DNA of 50,164 bases from Eubacteriales bacterium (lineage in GTDB: Bacteria > Bacillota > Clostridia > Oscillospirales > CAG-272). A program made the translations under genes and the position numbers. Location of the stretch: the NCBI GenBank assembly GCA_045660125.1, contig JAZRDG010000053.1, positions 1 to 50,164 on the forward strand, read 5' to 3'. Every line of letters begins with the position of its first letter. The first letter of the stretch is position 1. The notes below the pieces were generated by a model that was not told where the DNA came from, did not search any database, and saw nothing but the letters and a program-made list of their open reading frames with translations. Shown in pieces: positions 9,480 to 18,315 of the stretch.

Positions 9480-10562
9480 TTAATTTCTGGGCAGATAGGT
9501 ATACAGCCCTGCTATACTTGTCGGAAATACGCCCTGATCTGCGGAATAGGATGCGTAAAGCTTGGCGCCTTCAGGGAAATCATTCAAAGCAGTAAAGCTG
9601 CCATCAGAGTTGGTTAACACGTAATCGGGAACAGACTGCACAGCAAAATTACTCTCTCCCATCAGCATCTTTTTGCCTGTAGCGGCATCCTCTATCACGG
9701 TCAGCACACATATGCGGGCATTTCTGACGTCCACGCGCTTGACTTCACCGTCCACGAACACAACGTTCGCGGGATAAGATTCTTGGGTCAAGCATTCTCC
9801 GGTAAAGCTCACGTATACCTCGTCGCCCGCGATCAAAGGCACGTCCACAAATACGGTGGCACTGTCCATGAGCAGCGTGGCTTTATTTTCTCTGATAACA
9901 CCGTAATCATAACTGGTTTGAAATGCAGTCTGCTGCGTTTCTCTGGGTGCGTAGGCATACGCTGCCAAGGGCGTTATGGCTTTGCCCGGCTGAAGCAGAT
10001 TACGGTAATAGGTGACGTAAAGCGCCTTGGTCGTATCGTAATCCGCAAGTGAACAAAAGCTTCCCTGCTCGTCAAGGATGACGTATTCACAAAGCTCACC
10101 CGAAATCTGATAGCCATTCTCAACAGGCTTCCAGCCGCCGTCATACTCAAGGCAAAGGATGCCCGCGTCAACGCGCGTAACGTCAAGAAAACCACCCTCG
10201 GGCAAAATCACCGTGCCCGGATAGGTTTCCTGCACCATGAGCTCTCCCATATAGGTCAAATGATATATGTCCCCCGGCACAAACACATCCAAATCCCAAA
10301 CGTCCTTGTCCAGAAACTCGGTCGTGCAGCTGTTGAGCAGCGGTGTTGCCAAGCCGGAGCGATGCATACCGTAATCCATACTCACTTGCATGCTTTGCGC
10401 ACTGAACTGCACAATATCCATGGGCGGTGTTGATAAAATAGGCGGATGCTCATGGATCACTTCACCAAGCAGCTCACTTACCAGCCCGTTGGCGCAGCCC
10501 GAAAACAGCGCAGCGCAGCAGATAAGCAGCGTAAACACAACAAACAAATTGCGTTTTTTCAC
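9480..10562 (-). CDS. lipoprotein with an internally duplicated domain (GD...QE(T/S)YP, YobA/DUF3221-like)
   Basis: GTG start; lipobox FSGC; two homologous halves visible by eye. Confidence 0.7.
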   Translation of the reverse strand: MKKRNLFVVFTLLICCAALFSGCANGLVSELLGEVIHEHPPILSTPPMDIVQFSAQSMQVSMDYGMHRSGLATPLLNSCTTEFLDKDVWDLDVFVPGDIYHLTYMGELMVQETYPGTVILPEGGFLDVTRVDAGILCLEYDGGWKPVENGYQISGELCEYVILDEQGSFCSLADYDTTKALYVTYYRNLLQPGKAITPLAAYAYAPRETQQTAFQTSYDYGVIRENKATLLMDSATVFVDVPLIAGDEVYVSFTGECLTQESYPANVVFVDGEVKRVDVRNARICVLTVIEDAATGKKMLMGESNFAVQSVPDYVLTNSDGSFTALNDFPEGAKLYASYSADQGVFPTSIAGLYTYLPRN

Positions 10563-10565
10563 GGT

Positions 10566-10841
10566 TCATTCCTCCTTTGTCTGATCGGTTGTTTTTTCCT
10601 CGTTCTCCTCGGGAGCTACGTGCATCTTCTTAAGCACCATTTTTGCTGCGTACAAAGCAAAAATCACAACTGCGACTGTGATCACAAGAATCAGGCTGAC
10701 GGTTTGTATGACGTCCATGCTCAGCATGAGCTTGGATTGCTCCTCTGCTTGCTCGCTTGCAAACGCAAGCAGCGTTCCCGCCGTGCTTGCCCCTGTCGTG
10801 CATACGATTGCCCAAATCTTTTTGAAAATGCTTTTCTTCAA
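10566..10841 (-). CDS. small membrane protein
   Basis: TTG start with GGGGTG RBS; signal-like N-terminus plus one TM helix. Confidence 0.6.
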   Translation of the reverse strand: MKKSIFKKIWAIVCTTGASTAGTLLAFASEQAEEQSKLMLSMDVIQTVSLILVITVAVVIFALYAAKMVLKKMHVAPEENEEKTTDQTKEE

Positions 10842-10874
10842 GTGATCACCCCCGGAGTAAAAATGTTCTCTACT

Positions 10875-10906
10875 TATATAGACGACAAAAATCGAAAAAA
10901 GTTTCT
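10875..10906 (-). promoter_or_regulatory. ECF-type promoter
   Basis: Minus strand GAAAC-N16-CGTCTAT, like the B. subtilis SigM/SigW-type consensus. Confidence 0.6.
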
Positions 10907-10949
10907 CGTTTTTTGAAAGTTTTTTTGATTTTTTTAAATATTTTTGTTT

Positions 10950-12272
10950 TTATTTGTTTTTTGCGATAAAATCACGGTAAAAATGCGCGCTCTTCTTCCA
11001 TGCGGTATTGCCTTCTCGGTCGCAGGACATGATGCCGAACTTAAAGTTATAGCCCGCGCTCCACTCAAAGTTATCCATCAAGCTCCACAGATAATAGCCG
11101 CGTACGTCATACCCTTGGTCAATCGCCTTTTCAAGATACTCCAAAAAGCCCTGCACGTAGCGGATACGGTCATCATCATGGATCATGCCGTCTGCGCCCA
11201 CGGGCTCGTCACCCTCAAAGTACGTGCCGTTTTCGGTGATATAGAACGGGATATCCAGCTTGTACATATCCTTAAGCATGACGATCGCGTCGTACACCGC
11301 CTTGGGATAGTACTCGGTGCGGTTATTCAGGAAATTGCCGCCCTGTGAGAAATCCGCCTGCACCTTTTGATTATGCGTCACGGGTACGCGGTTATATACG
11401 TTCAGACCAAAATAATCGGTCTTTTGGCTCATCAGCTCATAGTCACCGGGAGCGATGTGCATCAAGGTACCCTCTTTTTCAAGGTGCTCCAGAATGTAAT
11501 CGCTGTAGCGACCTGCGTACAGCGGATCGCAATAGAACTTCCAGTTGCGCTCGTCCTGATCGATCATGAGTGCAATATCCTCGGGAGAATCGGTCAGCGC
11601 GTGACGCTTCCAGATATCAATGACAGCACCGACTTGGCTGTTCCCCAGATTGTGCGCGCGGAACGCCTGAACGCCCTTACCGTGTGCGACCAAAATATTG
11701 TGGCGCGCCTGATTGCCCCACGCTTCATTGGTATGTCCGGGTGCAAAGCCGCCCAGCGCATAGCCTACGTAGGTAGCGATCGGCTCATTGATTGTTGCCC
11801 ACATGGGCACGATATCACCGTATGCGCCGAACATCTTGTCAGCGTACTCGCCAAACCACTCGATCGAGTCGCGGTTGACCCAACCGCCCTTATCCTCAAG
11901 CACCTGCGGCAGATCCCAATGGTACAGTGTGACGCAAGGCGCAATGCCCTTTTCCAAGAGCGCCTCAAATGCGCGTCTGTAATAGTCTATGCCCGCTTGG
12001 TTGACTTCGCCAACGCCATTGGGCATAACGCGCGACCAGGAGATCGACATACGGTAAGAATTGACGCCAAGTTCACACAGATTTTGCAGATCGCGATCAA
12101 AGCGGTGATAGCTGTCGCAAGCGACGTCGGGTGTATGACCGCCAAAAATCTTACCCGGCTTTTTTGCCATGGTATCCCAGATGCTGGGAGTTCTGCCGTC
12201 AGCGATGACGCCGCCCTCGATCTGTCCTGCACTGGTTGCCGTGCCCCATAAAAAATTCTTCGGAAATGCCAT
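10950..12272 (-). CDS. glycoside hydrolase family 1 beta-glucosidase
   Basis: FPKNFLWGTATS, TLYHWDLP, TINEP (acid/base), ITENG (nucleophile), WSLMDNFEW. Confidence 0.95.
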   Translation of the reverse strand: MAFPKNFLWGTATSAGQIEGGVIADGRTPSIWDTMAKKPGKIFGGHTPDVACDSYHRFDRDLQNLCELGVNSYRMSISWSRVMPNGVGEVNQAGIDYYRRAFEALLEKGIAPCVTLYHWDLPQVLEDKGGWVNRDSIEWFGEYADKMFGAYGDIVPMWATINEPIATYVGYALGGFAPGHTNEAWGNQARHNILVAHGKGVQAFRAHNLGNSQVGAVIDIWKRHALTDSPEDIALMIDQDERNWKFYCDPLYAGRYSDYILEHLEKEGTLMHIAPGDYELMSQKTDYFGLNVYNRVPVTHNQKVQADFSQGGNFLNNRTEYYPKAVYDAIVMLKDMYKLDIPFYITENGTYFEGDEPVGADGMIHDDDRIRYVQGFLEYLEKAIDQGYDVRGYYLWSLMDNFEWSAGYNFKFGIMSCDREGNTAWKKSAHFYRDFIAKNK

Positions 12273-12283
12273 AGTCTGCCTCC

Positions 12284-13483
12284 TTACATATCAAACAAGC
12301 TCCAAGGATAGCCCTTGGGCGGGTTGCTTTGTACTTCTATCAATCGTTTCGTCATGGGATGCATGACGCCCAGGCGCGTTGCCCACAGCGCGGTGGTGCA
12401 GCCCTTTTCACGGCTGCCGTATTTACCGTCTCCCAGCAGCGGATGCCCTGCATGCGAGAGCTGCGCGCGGATCTGATGCGTGCGTCCTGTTTCCAAGGTC
12501 ACCTCAACCAAGCTGCAGTCACCGTTTTGCGCAAGCGTGCGATAGCTCAGCCTTGCTTCCTTGACACCGTTTCGCGGCGTCTTGACCACGAACGCCTTGT
12601 TTTGTGCCTTGTCATGGTATAAAAAGTCGGTCATTCTGCCCTTTTCGGGTGTCAGCGCGCCATGTACCACAGCCACATACTGCTTGCTGATCTGCTTGCC
12701 GACCACCATGCCGCCAAGCTTTGCCGCGCTTTCGCGATCCTTGGCAAACAGAATTGCGCCGCCCGTAGCGGTATCCAATCGGTGCACAAGAAAGATCTGC
12801 CCCGTAAATCCGCAAAGATTGCGCCAGTTTTGCACGCAAGTCAAAAGATCCGAGCCGTCCGCATGCGCGGGATCGGGTTGGCTTGGCTGTCCAACCGGCT
12901 TTTCGCAGATCAGAATATTTCTGTCCTCGTACAGTACCACGGGGGCTTTTTGATAGGTCTGTCGCAGATCGCGCTCGTATCCCACGCGCATAGCGCCGCT
13001 TTCCAAGCGAATATTACCGCAAACGGCAAAGCCCTGCTTATCCAAGAATCTGCGCATGCGCAGATTTCCCTCGTGCGTGTCAATACGTACCGACACAGCA
13101 CCCATGCGCAAGGCGCGTGCTATGGCGTAGCTGACCACCAGATCTGCTGAGCCGCTACCGCGAAGTGCGTCCGAAAGCGCCACGCGGTGCAAGGTTACGT
13201 AATTATCCCCTTCCGTTTGCCACGCACCGTCATACACGGTTGCGTAAGTCGGCTCAGGCGTGGTCATCAGCACAAAATAGCCAACAACCTTGCCGCCAAG
13301 CATCAGCGCATAGCCCATTTTCTGGTCAATGTCCTGTATCAGTCTTTGATCGGACGGATATCCGTCCTGCCATTGATCAATGCCAAGCACCGCGATCGCT
13401 GCGCGCGCCTGATCAAACACCTTTTGTATCTCGGGCAGCATATCCACGGCTGCCGTTCTGATTTTGATATCGTTTACGTTCAT
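12284..13483 (-). CDS. fused GNAT acetyltransferase / RluA-family pseudouridine synthase
   Basis: N-half QWQDGYP, LHRVAL, RIDTHEGN (GNAT); C-half YEDRNILICEKPVG, VHRLD, GRTHQIR, GDGKYG (RluA). Confidence 0.88.
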   Translation of the reverse strand: MNVNDIKIRTAAVDMLPEIQKVFDQARAAIAVLGIDQWQDGYPSDQRLIQDIDQKMGYALMLGGKVVGYFVLMTTPEPTYATVYDGAWQTEGDNYVTLHRVALSDALRGSGSADLVVSYAIARALRMGAVSVRIDTHEGNLRMRRFLDKQGFAVCGNIRLESGAMRVGYERDLRQTYQKAPVVLYEDRNILICEKPVGQPSQPDPAHADGSDLLTCVQNWRNLCGFTGQIFLVHRLDTATGGAILFAKDRESAAKLGGMVVGKQISKQYVAVVHGALTPEKGRMTDFLYHDKAQNKAFVVKTPRNGVKEARLSYRTLAQNGDCSLVEVTLETGRTHQIRAQLSHAGHPLLGDGKYGSREKGCTTALWATRLGVMHPMTKRLIEVQSNPPKGYPWSLFDM

Positions 13484-13797
13484 GTATTTCCTCCCGCACA
13501 GCGCGAGCAAGGGCTGCTTGCTCCGTGATTCGTTGCCTGTGCAACTGTGCCCGATTGCAGCTGCTTTGCATTTTGCAGGTAGCTGCAGTCAGGGTCTTTG
13601 TGATATTTCGTGCCGCTTTGCGACCAATAGACCGTGCCCTTTACAGATACTCCATCCTGAAAGGATTGTTCCTCATAAAGTAAAGCTTGCTCCTCGGGGC
13701 TAAGCACCTCTCCGCTTGAGATCTCCTTACCGCTTGGCACACTGCAGCCTGCCAGCACAAGCAGCAAAAGCAGCGCAATACAAATAAATCTGGTCAT
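13480..13797 (-). CDS. small lipoprotein with Cys/His metal-binding module
   Basis: Lipobox LAGC; VYWSQSGTKYH...C...PCSRC; ATGA overlaps with both neighbours. Confidence 0.75.
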   Translation of the reverse strand: MTRFICIALLLLLVLAGCSVPSGKEISSGEVLSPEEQALLYEEQSFQDGVSVKGTVYWSQSGTKYHKDPDCSYLQNAKQLQSGTVAQATNHGASSPCSRCAGGNT

Positions 13798-14687
13798 AGC
13801 GTGCTCTCCGCAAGCAATCTTTCCTGCACAGAAAGCTTGTGCAGCGCGTGCTCGTATGCGCCCTTGTAATCGTCCAGCTGCTTGCAGCATATCTCCATAT
13901 CCTGCAGCACGCCATACAAAAGCACAGGCACGGGGGCATGCTCGTCCGCCAAGATCTGCTGCAGCACGGCATACGCTGCGGCGTATGCCCCTCTCTTTTG
14001 CAGCACGGTTGCCTGCACGTGCAACGTCAGCTGGCGTTCCAAGGGCGTATCACCGTCAAAGCGGTGCAAGGCATGCATGTGTTCAAGCTGCTCCATGATC
14101 AAGGTATAGCGGCAAAAGGTATCCTGCCATGCCGCAAAATCGCGCTCTCCGGGCAAAAGGTCTGCCGCCTCATAAGACGCCAGTGAGGGAGAGATGCCGC
14201 GCATATAGCGAAAATACACGATGGTGGGGGCGGTGATATGCTCGGTATGGTATGCGGTATTGTCCGCGTCGCGCAAGGCAGTATCAAACCAATAGCAGGC
14301 GTTATGCAAGTTTCCCGCAAAAAACTCCTCCTTGGCAAGACCCAGCGCACACTCTGCCATAAGCAGCGCGATCTCGTCATCCGACTCGGAAAGCACCGAG
14401 CCGCAAAGCTCGCGGCAAATGCGATAGTCACCCATCTGGAATGCTCTGCGGATATTGGGCATATAGCGGATCTTTTGGTACAGGAATTCATTCTCCTCCT
14501 CTGCAAGCAAAAAGCCCGCAGGCACGTTGAGTCTGCTTGCAAGATATATGACCGTGGGCAAGGACGGCAGTGCCGCACCGTGCTCAATGCGCGAGAGCAT
14601 ATTGCGCGTGATAAAATCGCCCGCAAGCTCTTGTTGGGTGATCATTTTGGACATCCGAAGATTTTTGATCTTCTCACCGATGTTCAT
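13794..14687 (-). CDS. XRE-family HTH regulator with TPR-like helical C-terminus
   Basis: IGEKIKNLR...TQQELAG..ITRNMLSRIEHG..LPS; Ala/Tyr-rich helical repeats. Confidence 0.82.
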   Translation of the reverse strand: MNIGEKIKNLRMSKMITQQELAGDFITRNMLSRIEHGAALPSLPTVIYLASRLNVPAGFLLAEEENEFLYQKIRYMPNIRRAFQMGDYRICRELCGSVLSESDDEIALLMAECALGLAKEEFFAGNLHNACYWFDTALRDADNTAYHTEHITAPTIVYFRYMRGISPSLASYEAADLLPGERDFAAWQDTFCRYTLIMEQLEHMHALHRFDGDTPLERQLTLHVQATVLQKRGAYAAAYAVLQQILADEHAPVPVLLYGVLQDMEICCKQLDDYKGAYEHALHKLSVQERLLAESTL

Positions 14688-14816
14688 GGCTACCTCCTTG
14701 AAGGTAAATTCTATTTACTATATTATACTGTATTCCAAGCTGTTTTTCAAGTTTTTTTTGCAAAAATCACGCAGATTTTTTGATTTTATGTTATAATAAA
14801 TGCAGAGTTCAAGGAG

Positions 14817-15548
14817 GTGAGCCGTTTGAGCATATTCTGGATCAAGATCATTGCAGCCGTGACCATGCTGATCGACCATATCGGCAGCTTTACGCCCTTT
14901 GCGGGCTGGGAACACATGCGCATGATCGGGCGCGTGTCCTTTCCCCTGTACGCCTTTATGCTGGCGCAGGGCTTTTTGCACACCAAAAGCAAGTGGAAAT
15001 ACCTCTGGCGCATGCTGATTTTGGCATGTATCACGCAGCCGATCTACACCTATTGCTTTTACGGCGACGCTTGGAAATGGGATTCCCTGAACATCCTCTT
15101 TACGCTATCTGTGGGACTTGTCTGCATGTGGCTTTTGCAGATCGGCAGAGATGCCGCGCAAAAGCGTAAGCGCGCATGGTGGCTTTCTTGCCTTGGGCTG
15201 TGCGCCGCGACCTGCGCTATCATTTGGGCGTCTGACCTTTTGGGAGTCGATTACGGCTGGACAGGCGTTTTGCTGCCCGTGCTGCTCTACCTAACCGCTG
15301 ACTTTAAATGGGCGTGCATCCCCATCGTCACACTGTTTGCCCTGCGCAATCAGCTCATGACCGGTGCTTGGGATGAGCCTGTGTACCAGCGCAGTATTTT
15401 CTCGGTTGTTGCCCTCTTGCCCATGCTATTCTACGACGGCAAGCCGGGCCCCAAGCCGCAAAGCAAATTCGGCGCCGCCCTGCTCAAATACGGGTTCTAT
15501 GCGTTTTACCCCGTGCACCTTTTGGTGTTGGCATTGATTTTCAGATAA
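14817..15548 (+). CDS. TraX family membrane protein
   Basis: KIIAAVTMLIDHIG, IGRVSFPLYAF, NILFTL, DYG, FYAFYPVHL. Confidence 0.88.
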   Translation: MSRLSIFWIKIIAAVTMLIDHIGSFTPFAGWEHMRMIGRVSFPLYAFMLAQGFLHTKSKWKYLWRMLILACITQPIYTYCFYGDAWKWDSLNILFTLSVGLVCMWLLQIGRDAAQKRKRAWWLSCLGLCAATCAIIWASDLLGVDYGWTGVLLPVLLYLTADFKWACIPIVTLFALRNQLMTGAWDEPVYQRSIFSVVALLPMLFYDGKPGPKPQSKFGAALLKYGFYAFYPVHLLVLALIFR

Positions 15549-15717
15549 GAAAGACTGAATAAGCTGCAGAAAAACCGCATCTCTTCCTTCTTCCCTGTCA
15601 ATATAAAAAACCACCTTCGCATTTGGCGTGACACTCTTAATGGAGGATTTGCGAGCACAAAATTTCGGCAGAAATATTGTCTTCTTCTCTACCGATTTGT
15701 GTTATAATGTGGCTAAG

Positions 15718-15836
15718 AAAAGGCCTCTCCCCAAGGGAGAGGTGGCGGCGTAGCCGACGGAGAGGGCAAAATGGAGCAAATAGGTAAACGCCCTCTCACC
15801 CGCTACCGCGGGAGCTCTCCCCAAGGGAGAGCCTTT
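15718..15836. repeat. REP-like palindromic element (CTCTCCC..GGGAGAG family)
   Basis: Two copies of ctctccccaagggagag (15725-15741, 15815-15831), internal gagagggc/gccctctc pair, terminal aaaggc/gccttt. Confidence 0.75.
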
Positions 15837-15951
15837 GGATACGCACGTGCATCTTGAGGGGTATGGGCTTTGCCCGATGCCCTCGTTGCTTGCAACGCCG
15901 TAATACAAAGGCAAAACTGGCGATAAATAAATATAAACTAAACGGAGATAA

Positions 15952-16377
15952 ATGATGACAACACAGATTTATTCTAAAGAGAATTTTGCAAAAATGGATT
16001 CTATGCATGATTCTCTTGCTACGCATATTTCAATAGATAACAAAACGTTAGTGATTATTTACGATACACTCGACCAAAGTATCATCGGACAGGATGGGTT
16101 GCCATATTATCAAGGCAAGAAATTAACGATTGAGTACGCGATTGATTCCTATTGTGAAGTTAGACTTTTTAAGAATAATAAATACAAATATGTTGACCTC
16201 TTGGCAGAAAAAGATAAATTTTATAAGTTGACGAATAACTGCAAATTTATGTCCTACAAATATGCTGTTGATAGCTTTAAAGAAATCACTTTGGAGTTTA
16301 CCATTCAAGGAAAAAACAAATATTGGAATTTTGAAATTAGTATGGATCCGGAAAAAATCACATATTATTGGGAATAA
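15952..16377 (+). CDS. hypothetical AT-rich protein
   Basis: GGAG RBS, 141 aa ORF, much lower GC than its neighbours. Confidence 0.7.
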   Translation: MMTTQIYSKENFAKMDSMHDSLATHISIDNKTLVIIYDTLDQSIIGQDGLPYYQGKKLTIEYAIDSYCEVRLFKNNKYKYVDLLAEKDKFYKLTNNCKFMSYKYAVDSFKEITLEFTIQGKNKYWNFEISMDPEKITYYWE

Positions 16378-16465
16378 ATGATATTCCATAGAAAAATTCC
16401 CGACAGACCTATATGAATCTGTCTGGGCTAATTACCGCTCATCCGAGCGGTTTTTCTACCACAAT

Positions 16466-16494
16466 TATTCATTATTCAATATTCATTATTCATT
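16466..16494. repeat. heptamer tandem repeat (TTATTCA)x~4
   Basis: ttattca ttattca atattca ttattca. Confidence 0.6.
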
Positions 16495-16534
16495 AAAAAA
16501 CACACCCGCGACACAATGTCGCGGGTGCGTTTTT
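16495..16534. terminator. terminator of the hydrogenase operon (bidirectional)
   Basis: aaaaaa-cacacccgcgaca-caa-tgtcgcgggtgcg-ttttt. Confidence 0.85.
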
Positions 16535-16551
16535 ATTGGATGATCTGTAAA

Positions 16552-18303
16552 TTACAGACCTCTCTTCACGTAAGTGGTGTGAAGCAGCTCGTGAGCCTTG
16601 TGGCTGTTGGGCTTGCCAAGGAAAGTGTCGTACAGCTCCTTAATTGCAGGGTTCTCGTGAGACAGACGCAGAGGCATGGAAGCGTCCAGGTTGTACAGTA
16701 CGCTTGCACGCAGAGCGCGAACGTCGGTCCAGTTGAGTACCTTTGCTTCTACGTGAGGCTGACCGCCGCCATTTACACAGCCGCCGGGACAACCCATGAT
16801 CTCGATGAAGTCGTATTTCTTCTCACCGCTCTTGACAGCGTCAAGCAGAGCGGCAGCGTTCTTGGTGCCGGATGCAACTGCAACGTTCAGGGTGATGCCT
16901 GCAATGGTGTAGCTTGCTTCCTTCCAGCCCTGGGTACCACGAACCTCGTGGAACTCAAGCTTTTCGGGGTTAGAGCCGGTCAGTGCGAATACTGCGGTTC
17001 TCAGTGCAGCTTCCATAACGCCGCCGGTTGCGCCGAAGATAACGCCTGCACCGGTGGAGATGCCCAGAGGTGCATCAAACTGCTCCTCGGGAAGCTCGTT
17101 GAAGTTGATGCCTGCACGGCGGATCATACGAGCCAGCTCTCTGGTGGTCAGAGAGTAGTCAACGTCCGGAACACCTGCTGCGTTCTCGTCGTCTCTGCCG
17201 ATCTCGAACTTCTTTGCAGTACAAGGCATGATGGATACTACGACGATGTCCTTAGCATCCCAGCCCATCTTGTCTGCATAGTAGGTCTTGATGATCGCAC
17301 CCAGCATCTGGTGAGGAGACTTGCAGGAGGACAGGTTCTCGGTGAACTCGGGATAGTAGTGCTCGCAGTACTTAACCCAACCGGGCGAGCAGGAGGTGAT
17401 CATGGGCAGAGTGCCACCGTTCTTGAATCTGTCAAGGAACTCGGTTGCTTCTTCCATGATAGTCAGGTCTGCTGCAAAGTCGGTATCAAATACGTTAGCA
17501 AAGCCCAGGCGACGCAGAGCAGCAACCATCTTGCCCTCTCCGTTGGTGCCGATGGGGTTGCCAAACTCCTCAGCGATTGCTGCACGAACTGCAGGAGCAG
17601 TCTGTACGACAACGTGCTTGGAGGAATCAGCCAGAGCCTCGAATACTTCATCAGTGGTATCCTTCTCGTACAGAGCGCCTACGGGACATGCGTTGATGCA
17701 CTGACCGCAGTTGACGCAAGAGGTGGATGCCAGAGGAATATCAAAGGTGCAGCCGATGTGGGTATCAAAGCCACGATCGTTTGCGCCGATAACGCCAATG
17801 CCCTGTACCTTTTCGCACATTGCGGAGCAACGGCGGCACAGAATGCACTTGCTGTTATCACGGATGATTGCGCAGGAAGAGTCGTCAATGCGGCTCTCGG
17901 TCTTTACACCGCCAAAGTAATCTTCCTCAACACCGTACTCCTGGCACAGCTTCTGCAGCTCGCAGTTGGTGGAGCGCACGCAGGACAGGCACTTCTTGTT
18001 GTGGTTAGAGAGCAGAAGCTGCAGGTTGAGCTTTCTTGCCTTGATAATAGCGGGAGAGTTGGTGACGATCTCAGTGCCGTCACGCTCGATGGGGTATACG
18101 CAAGCGGTTACAAGGCCGCGCGCGCCCTTAACCTCTACAAGGCAGAGACGGCAAGCGCCGATCTCGTTGATGTCCTTGAGGTAGCAAAGGGTGGGAATAT
18201 CGATGCCTGCCATCTTGGCAGCTTCGAGAACAGTGGTTCCGTACGGTACGGTATAGGGCTGACCGTTGATCTTAATATTGAGCATTTGGGTTTCCATATC
18301 CAC
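16552..18303 (-). CDS. hydA: [FeFe]-hydrogenase catalytic subunit (group A3, HydA/HndD-like)
   Basis: N-terminal 2Fe-2S, His-ligated and 2x[4Fe-4S] domains; H-cluster motifs TSCSPGW, MPCTAKKFE, EIMGCPGGCVNGGGQP. Confidence 0.95.
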   Translation of the reverse strand: MDMETQMLNIKINGQPYTVPYGTTVLEAAKMAGIDIPTLCYLKDINEIGACRLCLVEVKGARGLVTACVYPIERDGTEIVTNSPAIIKARKLNLQLLLSNHNKKCLSCVRSTNCELQKLCQEYGVEEDYFGGVKTESRIDDSSCAIIRDNSKCILCRRCSAMCEKVQGIGVIGANDRGFDTHIGCTFDIPLASTSCVNCGQCINACPVGALYEKDTTDEVFEALADSSKHVVVQTAPAVRAAIAEEFGNPIGTNGEGKMVAALRRLGFANVFDTDFAADLTIMEEATEFLDRFKNGGTLPMITSCSPGWVKYCEHYYPEFTENLSSCKSPHQMLGAIIKTYYADKMGWDAKDIVVVSIMPCTAKKFEIGRDDENAAGVPDVDYSLTTRELARMIRRAGINFNELPEEQFDAPLGISTGAGVIFGATGGVMEAALRTAVFALTGSNPEKLEFHEVRGTQGWKEASYTIAGITLNVAVASGTKNAAALLDAVKSGEKKYDFIEIMGCPGGCVNGGGQPHVEAKVLNWTDVRALRASVLYNLDASMPLRLSHENPAIKELYDTFLGKPNSHKAHELLHTTYVKRGL

Positions 18304-18315
18304 AATTCTCCTTTC

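Noticed and set aside
13794-14687. RRNPP-type quorum-sensing receptor with peptide
   Set aside because: HTH-TPR layout fits, but no adjacent small secreted peptide ORF was found
14817-15548. TraX as evidence of a conjugative element
   Set aside because: Lone TraX-family genes are common on Firmicute chromosomes; no other tra genes nearby
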